A DNA stretch of 59,550 nucleotides from contig JBDRCO010000026.1 in assembly GCA_043821645.1 (NCBI GenBank), positions 1 through 59,550 on the forward strand, read 5' to 3'. A program made the position numbers and the translations under genes. Each line of letters starts with the position of its first letter. The stretch's first letter is position 1. A model generated the notes under the pieces. That model did not search any database. It had not been told where the DNA came from and saw only the letters and a program-made list of their open reading frames with translations. The stretch is from Pseudomonadota bacterium (lineage in GTDB: Bacteria; Myxococcota; JACRCW01; JAFGSX01). Shown one piece after another: positions 37,056 to 46,749 of this stretch.

Positions 37056-39962
37056 ATGCTCCTGTCTCGCTCCCTCGTCGCCCTGCCCCTGTGCTGCGCC
37101 CTGAGTGCAGCCCCGGTCCTGGCCGCGCAACCCGACCTGGCGAGCCGCTTCGAGGCGCGCTGGTATTCCGTCCAGGGCCGGCCCGTGGTGGTGATGGCCG
37201 CTGCGGACAGACTGGCCCTGCGCACCGTGCCGGCCCTGCCTGCCCACGAGGTCGCGCGCCTGGTCGAGCGCAGCCTGTTCGAGGTGCTGGACCGCGAGCT
37301 CGACGGCGGCTCGCGCGTTCCCACACTGCTGGAGCCGGCGCGCGTGCTGCGCCGCGACGGCCTGTACGAGCTCGAACTGGATCGCGCGTTATCACCGAAC
37401 CAGCGCCTGGTTCTGGCGCAGCGCCTGGTCGCCGACCCGCGCGTGCTGCAGGTCTACCCGGTGCTGAGCCGCCTGGGCCATCGCGCCTACGCCGACGATC
37501 ACCTGGTGGTGAGCGCCGCGCCCGGCCAGCTCGACGCCGTGCTCGACGTGGTGTTGCCCAAGATCGCCGGCAGCCTCGAGCGCCGCTCACGGGTGCACGA
37601 CACTGCCCTGGTGCGGGTCGGCGCGGCCTTCGCCTTTGATGCGGTCGAGGCCTCGCGCGCCCTGAGCCAGGCCAACATCCCGGGGCTGCGCGCGGCCGAG
37701 CCCGACCTGTACCGCCGCCTGGTGCCGACCGCCGTGGTCAACGACCCCATGTACGGCCAGCAGTGGCACCTGTCGCACACCGATACCAGCGTGCCGGGCA
37801 GCGGCGAGATTCACGTCACCGGCGCCTGGGACGTCACCAAGGGCGATCCCTCGGTGGTGGTGGCGGTGTTCGACACCGGCGTGGACCTGCAGCACGAGGA
37901 CCTGACCCCCAACTTCGTTCCCGGCTTCGACGCCGCGGACGACGACGAGAACCCCAGTGCCGAGTGCTCGGCCAGCTACGACGGCCGCCAGGAGTCTGCC
38001 ACCTGCCCTGCCAGCGAGCCCTACCGCGAGTCCCACAGCACCTCGGTGTGCGGCACCGCCGCCGGTCGTGGCGACAACAGCCAGGGCACCAGTGGTGTGT
38101 GCCCGCTGTGCAGCATCCTGCCCGTGCGCCTGCTCGGCGGCTCGGACATGCTCAGCGGCCTGAGCACGGCCGAGGCCTTCATTCGCGCGGTGGACGACGG
38201 CGCCTGGGTCATCAACAACAGCTGGGGCATCGGCTTCTCGCGCTACTTCCCGCTCAGCCAGGCCGAGGCAGACGCCCTGCTCTACACCCGCTACCAGGGC
38301 CGCGGCGGCAAGGGCGCGGTGGTGGTCTTCGCCTCGGGCAACGACACCGCCGACGTGTCCGGCGACTGCTACGCCCGGGATCGCAATGTGCTGGCGGTGT
38401 CCGGCACCACCAACCTCGACGACTGGGCCTACTACTCGAACTACGGCTGGGAGATAGACCTGGTGGCCCCGACCAGCGGCGGCGCCGTCCAGAATCAGGA
38501 CGATTTCGGCATCGTCACCACCGACGTGTCCGGCGACGACGGCTACGCCGCGGGCAACTACGCCACCGACTTCGGCGGCACCTCGGCCTCGTCACCGGTG
38601 GTGGCCGGCCTGGCCGGTCTGCTGCTGAGCGCCAACCCCGGCCTCACCGCGGACCAGGTGCGCGTGATCCTGACCGCCACCGCGGACAAGGTGCGCGCCG
38701 ACAAGGTCGACTGGCAGTCCATCTTCGGCCAGGACATCGAGACCTTGTTCGAGTACGACGCCATCGGCCACTCGATAGGCTTTGGCTGGGGCCGCGTCAA
38801 CGCGACCTCGGCCATGCAGGCTGCGCTGCACCCGAGCCTGCAGGGGGCCCTGTGCTCGGCCCCGGGTTGCCCGGTGTGCGGGCCCAACGACCGCTGCATG
38901 CTGCGATGCAAGTACCAGGGCGATTGCCCCGACGGCACGCGTTGCGACGGCGGTGTGTGCGAGGAGGTGGCGCCGCGCCCCACGGACATCGGCGAGCGCT
39001 GCGTCGATGCCTGCACCTACTGCGTGCCCGCCCTCGACATCGAGTTCGAGCCCACCCAGCTGTGCACCGAGCTGTGCGCCAGCGACGAGGACTGCCCCAC
39101 CGGCTGGGACTGCCGCCGTCTGGGTGCAGGTGGCCCCAAGGTCTGCGCCGTGGGCTCACCTTCTGCCGGCGAGCCGGCCTCCCGCTTTGCCTGCGTCAAT
39201 GACATGGTGGGTGCCGACGTCACCGTGCTCGGCTCCGACGGTCAGCCCTACTGCAGCGACCTGTGCTTCGACGACCAGCCTGGCGCCTGCCCCACGAACT
39301 TCCACTGCGGCTTTGCCACCTGCACCTGCACCGGGTCCTGGGGTGGAAGCTGGTGCTACGCGTATGAATGCTCCGAGGTGGCCACCGAGCGCGAGAGCGA
39401 CTGGTACTTCCCGCAGTGCTTCCCGGACACAGAGTTCGGGGTCACCTGCAGCGGTGACGAGGGCTGCAAGCTGGGCGACTACTGTCAGGCCGACGGCAGC
39501 TGCCATCGCGACGATCGCCAGGGCTGTGCCGAGGTCTGCGCCACCTGCACCGAGGATGCGGACTGCGGCCCCCGCGGCCGCTGCTACGACCGCGACGACG
39601 GCATGGGCCAGCGCTGTCTGATCTCCTGCGACGCCGACGGCAGCTGCCCGGGCGACTCGGTGTGCCGCGAGATCAGCCTGCGCCGTGGCACCGGCCAGTT
39701 CTGCCTCGGCGCCGGTGAAGGCGCCACCCTGGGCTGCGACGCCAGCTATTCCTGCCAGGTGCCCTGCCGCGAGGATGTGCCCTGTGGCGAGGGCCTGGTG
39801 TGCGACAGCGGCGCCTGCGTCACCCCGCCGGACCCGCCCACGCCGCCCGAGAAGAAGAAAGACGACGACGGCGGCTGTGGCTGCGCCAGCTCGAACGCGA
39901 GCCCCGTGGCCTGGGTGCTGCTGACCCCGGCCCTGCTGCTGTGGCGTCGACGTCGGCGCTGA
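37056..39962 (+). CDS. S8 subtilisin-like serine protease with Cys-rich repeats and MYXO-CTERM
   Basis: Catalytic triad D (VAVFDTG), H (SHSTSVCG), S (FGGTSASSP); oxyanion ASGN; tail GCGC-hydrophobic-RRRRR. Confidence 0.92.
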   Translation: MLLSRSLVALPLCCALSAAPVLAAQPDLASRFEARWYSVQGRPVVVMAAADRLALRTVPALPAHEVARLVERSLFEVLDRELDGGSRVPTLLEPARVLRRDGLYELELDRALSPNQRLVLAQRLVADPRVLQVYPVLSRLGHRAYADDHLVVSAAPGQLDAVLDVVLPKIAGSLERRSRVHDTALVRVGAAFAFDAVEASRALSQANIPGLRAAEPDLYRRLVPTAVVNDPMYGQQWHLSHTDTSVPGSGEIHVTGAWDVTKGDPSVVVAVFDTGVDLQHEDLTPNFVPGFDAADDDENPSAECSASYDGRQESATCPASEPYRESHSTSVCGTAAGRGDNSQGTSGVCPLCSILPVRLLGGSDMLSGLSTAEAFIRAVDDGAWVINNSWGIGFSRYFPLSQAEADALLYTRYQGRGGKGAVVVFASGNDTADVSGDCYARDRNVLAVSGTTNLDDWAYYSNYGWEIDLVAPTSGGAVQNQDDFGIVTTDVSGDDGYAAGNYATDFGGTSASSPVVAGLAGLLLSANPGLTADQVRVILTATADKVRADKVDWQSIFGQDIETLFEYDAIGHSIGFGWGRVNATSAMQAALHPSLQGALCSAPGCPVCGPNDRCMLRCKYQGDCPDGTRCDGGVCEEVAPRPTDIGERCVDACTYCVPALDIEFEPTQLCTELCASDEDCPTGWDCRRLGAGGPKVCAVGSPSAGEPASRFACVNDMVGADVTVLGSDGQPYCSDLCFDDQPGACPTNFHCGFATCTCTGSWGGSWCYAYECSEVATERESDWYFPQCFPDTEFGVTCSGDEGCKLGDYCQADGSCHRDDRQGCAEVCATCTEDADCGPRGRCYDRDDGMGQRCLISCDADGSCPGDSVCREISLRRGTGQFCLGAGEGATLGCDASYSCQVPCREDVPCGEGLVCDSGACVTPPDPPTPPEKKKDDDGGCGCASSNASPVAWVLLTPALLLWRRRRR

Positions 39963-40058
39963 GGCGCGACTCCGGTCCACGTACAAGGTTCCACATCGAA
40001 GGCGGACGCGATGGCCACCACGCCATCGGCACTCGCCGTGCAGACCAGTGCCGCGATG

Positions 40059-40100
40059 GGGAACTGGGAACTGGGAACTGGGAACCGGGAACCTGGAACG
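40059..40100. repeat. Heptamer tandem repeat (GGGAACY-like x6)
   Basis: GGGAACT x3, GGGAACC x2, TGGAACG; lies between convergent genes. Confidence 0.85.
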
Positions 40101-40116
40101 GGGAGCCCGCGAGGTC

Positions 40117-41271
40117 CTATTCCGACGGTGGTGGAACAAACAGCAGGGTGCTGCCGCTGAGCGCGAGCAGCGCGCCCACGCCGGCACTCACCAGGGACGC
40201 GATGTACAGAGCATCCGAGGTTTCCTTGGCCTCGGCGTACTGCACCTGGGTCATGCTCGTCACCGTCTGGGTATCCTTGAACTCGGCCTCCGCCTTGAGC
40301 AGGGGCTGCGCCGTGAACTGGTGCGCACCGTACAGCGCGCCACCACCGACCATCACCAGGGCACCAACGCCCACCCCGGTCCAGGCGACGATGGAATCCC
40401 AGTGCGGGTACGGGGCCCTTTCGATGGGAGGCGGCGGGGACTCATCGGTCTCCACCGCCACGGTGTCCCCGCTGTCCTCCTCGGTCGTCGTCGCCACCAT
40501 GCTGTTGGTTCCCGAGCTGGTCGGGGCAGCTGTGTCAGGAACGGGGGGGGGGACGGCCACAGCCACGACCATGGGCTTGAGGGCAACCCGCACCAGCAGC
40601 GCCTGGCCCTTCTGGACCACCACCTGTTGCTCCTGGGGCTCGTACCCCTCGCGGGTGAAGTACAGGGCGTGCGAGCCGGCCGAGAAGCCCTCGATGCGAG
40701 CCAGGGGGGCCGCGCCGATCATCTTGCCGTCGAGGGTGACCACCACCCCGGGCGGCTCGCTGCGCACCGCCAGGGTTGTCACCGCGAGGCCCTGGATGGT
40801 GCCACGCACGTGCGCCTTGGCCAGGGCCTGGCCCGTGGCGTCCAGATCGGGCAGCTCGATGCGTCGCAGCTTTGCCTTGTCGGAATGCTTGACGTCGACA
40901 TCCAGCACCTGCAGCACAGGCACCGTATCGTTGATGACCAGCTCCACGTACAGGGCGCGGCCAGCACCCAGGGTCTCGCCGATCTGCGCGACGCAGGCCG
41001 CATCCCAGGCAGGGCACCCCAGCAGCATGCGCGTCTCTTCGAGGCTGACCTGCGGGGGCGGCATCCATTGAAGGTTGGGTCTCTGCGCGGCCGCTGCCAG
41101 TGCCGTGCTCTGCAGCTCGGCCTCCCACAGCTCGGGCACGCTCTTGTCCAAGCGCAGGAGCACGACGAAGGGCGTGGTGGTGGTGGCGGTCTTGCGGCGC
41201 TTGGCGTCGGCGGGATGCACCAGGGCCAGGGTCAGCAGGGCGACCAGAAATCCGCTCGTCAGACTACGCAT
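40117..41271 (-). CDS. PEGA-domain membrane protein
   Basis: Signal peptide; VRSEPPGVVVTLDG..IG.APL..GSH...REGY; C-terminal hydrophobic hairpin. Confidence 0.85.
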   Translation of the reverse strand: MRSLTSGFLVALLTLALVHPADAKRRKTATTTTPFVVLLRLDKSVPELWEAELQSTALAAAAQRPNLQWMPPPQVSLEETRMLLGCPAWDAACVAQIGETLGAGRALYVELVINDTVPVLQVLDVDVKHSDKAKLRRIELPDLDATGQALAKAHVRGTIQGLAVTTLAVRSEPPGVVVTLDGKMIGAAPLARIEGFSAGSHALYFTREGYEPQEQQVVVQKGQALLVRVALKPMVVAVAVPPPVPDTAAPTSSGTNSMVATTTEEDSGDTVAVETDESPPPPIERAPYPHWDSIVAWTGVGVGALVMVGGGALYGAHQFTAQPLLKAEAEFKDTQTVTSMTQVQYAEAKETSDALYIASLVSAGVGALLALSGSTLLFVPPPSE

Positions 41272-41421
41272 GATCCTCACCCCGTGCTGTCACCTGCGCC
41301 CCGTCCCGCTGTGCGGACGGAACGGGCAGGTCTATCCGCGCTCGCGATACCGTCCTGTCCCTGCTTATACCACGCGCATCTCCGCCACTGACAACGGACT
41401 CCCCACGGTGTGGGGCACGCG

Positions 41422-42843
41422 TCATGGCTGTGCCGCCCAGCACAGCTCCGCGTCGCTGCGCACGCCGTTCCAGATGCGGATCTGGTCCAGGCGACCGTTC
41501 CAGTTGTTGTCGTTGCCTGGGCTGTTGGCGCCCAGGGCCATGTGGGTGGTGTCGGTCGTCCCTGGCGCCGACGCCGCACCGACCTGCACCACGTTGCCGT
41601 CGATGAGCAGGCGACGCTCGGCGGCGTCCTGATCGTCCACGCAGGCCACGTGCACCCAGCTGCGCAGCGCCGGCACGGGCCCGTCGAGCAGGGTGGCGCC
41701 CGCCGAGCAGCGCAAAAACGGCGGCGTGCCCGGGTACACGAACAGGCCGTACTGGCCGTTGTTGTCGAGAATGGTGACGCGATCCACGCCCGGTGCGTCC
41801 TGCAGCCACACCCAGGCCTCGAGGGTGAAGGAGCCAGCAATGTCGAGGCTGGCGCTGTCCGCGACCTCCACCTGGCCACTCGCGGCAAAGGACGCCGCCT
41901 GACCCTGGTGCCCCGTGACGTAGCTGTAGCCGCTGCCCTGGCCGTGGTTGCCCTCGCCCGAGCTGTCCATCACCGTCCAGCTGCCATTGCCGTTGTCGAC
42001 GTCGCTGTCAAAGGTGTAGCAGGCCACCAGCAGCGGATCCGTGCCGTCGCAGAAGGGTCCCGCTGGCTGCGAGCCCGGGCAGGGCGGTGGTGCAGCATCA
42101 ACGGCAACGGCAGAGTCGGGAAGGGCCGCATCCACCCCGGGCGCCGTATCCGGTTGTGCGGCATCGACGGCAACGACGCTGTCGGGCACGGCCGCATCCA
42201 CGTCGGGCGCCGTGTCCGGTTGAGCGGCGTCGACAGCCGGGGCGTTGTCGGCAAGCGCAGCGTCGACGGGAGGCGCCGAATCGGGCTGGGTCTGGTCGCC
42301 CAGGGCCGCGTCCAGGGGCTGAAGATCCGACGTCGTCGCATCCTGGTCACTCTGATCGGCGGCCGCCGCGTCTGTGGGGAGCGACACATCCTGTACGCCA
42401 CCGTCGCCCGCCGCGGCGTCCGCGGCGGTTGAGGCATCGCCGCCGGCATCCAGCACACGGTCCACACCCGCCCCGTCCAGCCCTGTCCCGTCGTCGACAC
42501 GGCCATCCGGGGTCGACCTGTCGCCCTGGGTGCTGTCCGCCGCGCTTCTATCCAGCTCCAGGAGATCGTGGTGACCAGCCTCGATGCCCACAGTGTCCAG
42601 CAGCGTCGCGTCGCTGGCGCCGGCGTCGGTCCGCAGCCTTCCTCCGTCCAGCGAGGTCGACACCGGTCGGCAGCGATTGTCCATGCAGCGGTAGCCCGGA
42701 GAGCAGTCGAAGTCGTGCTGGCACTCGAAGGCGAGCTGGTCTTGATCCAGCACCGCGGCCGGACAGCCCACCTGCAGCACCAGCAGCAGGGTGGCCGACA
42801 GGGCTGCGTGCCGGCGGGCGGACAGCGCTCGCGTCGCGATCAT
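41422..42843 (-). CDS. LamG-like jellyroll lipoprotein with acidic repeat stalk
   Basis: LQVGC; DAA/PD repeats; LVACYTFD..DSSGEGNHG; FTLEAWV; WVHVA; GRLDQIRIWN. Confidence 0.8.
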   Translation of the reverse strand: MIATRALSARRHAALSATLLLVLQVGCPAAVLDQDQLAFECQHDFDCSPGYRCMDNRCRPVSTSLDGGRLRTDAGASDATLLDTVGIEAGHHDLLELDRSAADSTQGDRSTPDGRVDDGTGLDGAGVDRVLDAGGDASTAADAAAGDGGVQDVSLPTDAAAADQSDQDATTSDLQPLDAALGDQTQPDSAPPVDAALADNAPAVDAAQPDTAPDVDAAVPDSVVAVDAAQPDTAPGVDAALPDSAVAVDAAPPPCPGSQPAGPFCDGTDPLLVACYTFDSDVDNGNGSWTVMDSSGEGNHGQGSGYSYVTGHQGQAASFAASGQVEVADSASLDIAGSFTLEAWVWLQDAPGVDRVTILDNNGQYGLFVYPGTPPFLRCSAGATLLDGPVPALRSWVHVACVDDQDAAERRLLIDGNVVQVGAASAPGTTDTTHMALGANSPGNDNNWNGRLDQIRIWNGVRSDAELCWAAQP

Positions 42844-42893
42844 GGCCACAGTGTACCACGCCGCGGCGCAGGCTCCCCGCGCTCGGGCCCTGC

Positions 42894-45659
42894 TCAGGGC
42901 AGCGCGGGAAAGGGATGCTGGCGCAGGGTCTGGCTGTCGGCGAGCCACGGCGTCCAGCCCCCGCCATCGACGTCGACGTACAGGGGCGCGCTGACGCAGA
43001 AGGGCGAGCCCTCACCGCTTGGCCACAGCCCGCTGCTTCCCCGGGCGATGGCCGTGATCACGAGGTCGCGGTCCCGGGGGAGATTGCGCAGCGCGGCGTC
43101 GAGGCGTCGCACCTCGTCGACAGCGAGGTCGGTCAGGGGCAAGCGCAGGCTGCCTGCTGCGTCGACGCGGATCACACCGTCCTGCACCCGTAGCCGCTGG
43201 CTCTCACCGTTGAGGTAGAGCTCCAGTCGGTCCAGCCGCACGAAGGGAGGTGCCTGCACGCGAACACGCAGCAGCTCCAGTCCCCGGCGGTCTATGGCCT
43301 CGGGCAAGCCCATGGGGCGAGCGTCACCGACGAAGATCTCGATGAGGCAGCCGTTACCCTCGGCGGTACGCTGGCTGCGCATGGTGCGGCGAAGGCTGTC
43401 CTCGTCGACGCCGGGCGGGTCATCGCGGTCCACCCGCAGGAAGGTGCGTGGGTAGCCCACCCCGGCGTTGCGCTCGTGGCTGTCGCTGACGCCGGTGAAT
43501 CCAACGGTCAGGCCCGCGCCGAGCAGGGCGAAGTAGTCTGCCAGCACGGGCACGTCGCCGTAGTGGTCGCGCGCCAGCTCGAACAGCTGCTGCCGCGCCT
43601 CTGGCGCGAAGAGCTCGGGCGAGCCCAGGCTGCCATTGATCTCGATGACGTCGAAGTTGTCGCTCCAGTCCTGGAACACCGTCGGTGGCAGCGTCGGCAG
43701 CGTGGCCAGGGGCTGCGGGAACAACGTGCCGTGCACCGGGTCGATGCCGAAGGTGGTGAACAGGCCGCCGCCCGTACTGCGCGGGTGGTTGATCTGGATG
43801 ATGGGATCGCCGGCCAGCTGGCGCAGGTGGCCGAACAGCTCGGGGATGGTGCGGCCCCACCAGATGCGCGTGCCCACGTCGCGATAGGGGTCCAGGGGAT
43901 CGATGGTCCAGGGATAGGTATTGAAGTGGCCGAGGCCCTGGTAGGTGACCTCGTTGCCCGGCACCACGGTCAGGAAGGGCTGCAGACCGAGGGCCTCGAC
44001 CCAGGGCTGAAAGTCGACGATGTTGTCGTGGTCGGTCGAGGCGGCGAACTCGATGCCCTCGGCGGCGTTCTCGAGCACCTTGACCTCGACCGGGACGGCG
44101 GCGTCGACCGAGCCCAGGGTGTGCTGGTGAAACTCACCGGCGATCCAGCCCGTGCTGTCGACGACGTGCTGCAGCTCGGCCTGCACCTGCACGCTGTCGC
44201 CGTCGACCAGCTGCACGGCCTCGCTGGAGCGGGTGAACTCGAAGCCGCGCGATACCACCAGCTCGTAGCGCCCCGGCGGCAGCATCACGTCAAATTCGCC
44301 GTCGACGCTGAGCGCGTAGCTGTACAGGCTGTTCTGCACGAACTCGCCCAGGGTGCGGCTGGGACGCGGCGTATCGTCCAGAGGAACCACGCTGAGCTTG
44401 CACGGGTGTGGCGGCAGCGCCAGACCGCCGCGGTCGAGAAAGCTCGTGTGCACCTGCACCCTGGCCTGACCCCCCAGCTCGAGGTCCTGAGCGCTCTCGC
44501 TCTCGACCTGCACCTGCACAGGCTGCACCGCCGAGCGGCCTCTGTCCTCGATGTGAGCGAGGAGGTGATAGCTGCCCGGGGGCAGCGTCATCCGGTAGCT
44601 GCCGTCGTCGGCGCTGCGCGCCTGGTTGACGACCACCGTGGCCGCGTCGTCGAGGTCCGCCGCACTCAGCGCCGAGATCCACACCCGGCTGGCGGCGCCG
44701 CCGCCAGGCACCGAGACCTGCCCGCGCACCGTGCCCGTGGCGATGCCGCGCAGCGCCCAGGCCTGGCTCGCCACGCTGTCAATGCTGCCGTCGCCCACCA
44801 GCAGGTAGCGCGAGAAGCTGTCCGCGGCACCGACGTAGAAGTTGTCGGTGCAGATGGGCAGGGTGATGCCGGACTCGATGAGCGGGATGGTGAGATCGCC
44901 GTCCTTGCAGGCATAGCCATAGGACACCTGATCGCCGCGACCGTTCACCAAAAAGGGGACGCGGGCGAAGGGCTCGAGCCCGCCGAAGCCGGTGCGTGGA
45001 TTGTGGGGCCGCGTCGAGCGCCCCGGGGCCCAGAAGTCGGCGATGGTGAGCGGGCCCAGGGCGTCGTCGGACTCGTTGTGAATGGTGCTGCGAATCTCGA
45101 TCACCGCGCTGTCCGGACGCAGGACAAAGTCGTGCTCGATGCGGCCAGGGATCTCCTGGCTGAGCACCACCGCCGCGGGCATCAGGCTCGGTGGCGCCGG
45201 CCATCCCGCCACCCGCACCGCGGCCTGTCCACCGTGCCGACCGTCGTCGAGGACACGCACCTCGTCGACCACGATCTCGTTGAAACCCGCCGCCGCCACC
45301 AGCTCGCGAAAGCTGTCCTCTCCGGGCTGGGTCTCGTCGGCACGAACGAGATCGACGTCGATCAAGGTACCGCCGCGGCTGGAGTTTCCCACCGGGCGCG
45401 AGCCATCCTGCACGATGAAGCGGATGCGGCTGTTGTAGCAGCGCAGGCTGCGCCCGACCTGGGCGTAGGCGCCCACGCCGCCAATGAGCTCGCTGGGGCG
45501 GGTCACGAAACCACAGCGCACCTGGCCGGGTCCCAGCACCTCGTCGAGAGGCGCAGGGGGAGGCGGTGCTTGAGCCTCGGTGCGACCGGGGCAGGCGCTT
45601 TCCAGGACCAGCAGCAGGACCAGTGCCCCGCACGACAGAACCTTCGTGACGCTGTGCAT
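42894..45659 (-). CDS. Exported PHP-type metallohydrolase (CehA/McbA-like) with carboxypeptidase-regulatory-like domains
   Basis: GEFHQHT..SVD; STDHD; GNEVT; GHFN; INHPR; SDSH; lipobox-like LESAC. Confidence 0.8.
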   Translation of the reverse strand: MHSVTKVLSCGALVLLLVLESACPGRTEAQAPPPPAPLDEVLGPGQVRCGFVTRPSELIGGVGAYAQVGRSLRCYNSRIRFIVQDGSRPVGNSSRGGTLIDVDLVRADETQPGEDSFRELVAAAGFNEIVVDEVRVLDDGRHGGQAAVRVAGWPAPPSLMPAAVVLSQEIPGRIEHDFVLRPDSAVIEIRSTIHNESDDALGPLTIADFWAPGRSTRPHNPRTGFGGLEPFARVPFLVNGRGDQVSYGYACKDGDLTIPLIESGITLPICTDNFYVGAADSFSRYLLVGDGSIDSVASQAWALRGIATGTVRGQVSVPGGGAASRVWISALSAADLDDAATVVVNQARSADDGSYRMTLPPGSYHLLAHIEDRGRSAVQPVQVQVESESAQDLELGGQARVQVHTSFLDRGGLALPPHPCKLSVVPLDDTPRPSRTLGEFVQNSLYSYALSVDGEFDVMLPPGRYELVVSRGFEFTRSSEAVQLVDGDSVQVQAELQHVVDSTGWIAGEFHQHTLGSVDAAVPVEVKVLENAAEGIEFAASTDHDNIVDFQPWVEALGLQPFLTVVPGNEVTYQGLGHFNTYPWTIDPLDPYRDVGTRIWWGRTIPELFGHLRQLAGDPIIQINHPRSTGGGLFTTFGIDPVHGTLFPQPLATLPTLPPTVFQDWSDNFDVIEINGSLGSPELFAPEARQQLFELARDHYGDVPVLADYFALLGAGLTVGFTGVSDSHERNAGVGYPRTFLRVDRDDPPGVDEDSLRRTMRSQRTAEGNGCLIEIFVGDARPMGLPEAIDRRGLELLRVRVQAPPFVRLDRLELYLNGESQRLRVQDGVIRVDAAGSLRLPLTDLAVDEVRRLDAALRNLPRDRDLVITAIARGSSGLWPSGEGSPFCVSAPLYVDVDGGGWTPWLADSQTLRQHPFPALP

Positions 45660-45708
45660 GCGATCAATGTAGCGGGCGCAGCGTGCGGAGGAAAGCACCG
45701 GACTGCCG

Positions 45709-46407
45709 TCAGGCCAGGTCGAAGATCAAAAGCTCGCTGTCCTCGGTGCCCTGGATCTCGATGCGGTGATAGCCATTGAGACCGCCACCGTCACCCCGCG
45801 ACAGCGGCTGGCCATTGACCTCGACCCCGCCGCGCACCACCTGAAGCCACAGGTAGCGCTCCGGCGCCCCGTTGACCTCGACGGTCTGCCCGGGCCGCAG
45901 CAGCGTGGCGTAGAGCTTGACGTCCTGTTGCACCTGCAGCGAGCCCTGGGCTCCGTCACCCGACGCCAGCAAGCACAGGCGCCCCTGCTTGTCCTGTGCG
46001 CTGAAGCAGTGCTGCTGGTAGCGAGGTGGCGTGTCGAGCGTCGAGGGCCTGAGCCAGATCTGCAAGAAATGCAGCTTGCTGTTGGTCGAGCTGTTGTATT
46101 CGCTGTGCACCACGCCACTGCCGGCGCTCAGGCACTGCATGGACCCGGCCTCGAGCGTGGCCTGGTTGCCGACGCTGTCCCGATGCGACAGCTCGCCTGC
46201 GAGCACGTAGCTCAGCACCTCGACGTTGCGATGCGGATAGTCCAGGAAGCCCTGACCGGGCTGCAGCTTGTTCTCGTTGATCACGCGCAAGGCGCGGAAG
46301 TTCATGTGATCGAGATCGGTGTAGGGTCCAAACGAGAAGGTATGGGCGGTCTCGAGCCAGCCGTAGTTGAACTGGCCGCGCTCGTCTGCATGACGGATCT
46401 CGAACAC
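45709..46407 (-). CDS. Pirin family protein (YhhW-like)
   Basis: AGGAGG RBS; GWL..HTFSF; LRVINE; HRDSVGN; AGSGVVHSEYN; FLQIW. Confidence 0.92.
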   Translation of the reverse strand: MFEIRHADERGQFNYGWLETAHTFSFGPYTDLDHMNFRALRVINENKLQPGQGFLDYPHRNVEVLSYVLAGELSHRDSVGNQATLEAGSMQCLSAGSGVVHSEYNSSTNSKLHFLQIWLRPSTLDTPPRYQQHCFSAQDKQGRLCLLASGDGAQGSLQVQQDVKLYATLLRPGQTVEVNGAPERYLWLQVVRGGVEVNGQPLSRGDGGGLNGYHRIEIQGTEDSELLIFDLA

Positions 46408-46500
46408 GTTGCCTCCTACCCGAAGACCTGGCCTCGCCAGCCCCCACCTCGGGAACGCACTATTATCATACTGCTACGCTAGGTGTTGTTGCCCTGTGTC

Positions 46501-46749
46501 ATGGTTTTACATGCCCCACTGGCGCGGCCGTGTCGCGATCCTGGGCCGCCGCGTCACCCTCGATCTCCCCTGCCACTCACACGACGCTTCATCCCCCGAA
46601 CAGAGCCCTGGACACCCGTGCTCTGCGTGTGGGAACCATGTAGCGCTGAGTTTGTGAACAGCACGCGTGTGACATGGATCGTGTGCGAACTGTGCGGACG
46701 CTGGGTCAGATACCCGTCGAGGCTGGGGTTTGGTGAGTCCTTCGCTTGA
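46501..46749 (+). CDS. Possible small zinc-ribbon protein
   Basis: CVWEPC...CELC Cys pairs; weak codon bias; overlaps the next start. Confidence 0.3.
   Translation: MVLHAPLARPCRDPGPPRHPRSPLPLTRRFIPRTEPWTPVLCVWEPCSAEFVNSTRVTWIVCELCGRWVRYPSRLGFGESFA

Noticed and set aside
46610-46749. Frameshifted CSAC...CELC zinc ribbon
   Set aside because: The intact frame already provides CVWEPC...CELC, and there is no slippery site evidence.
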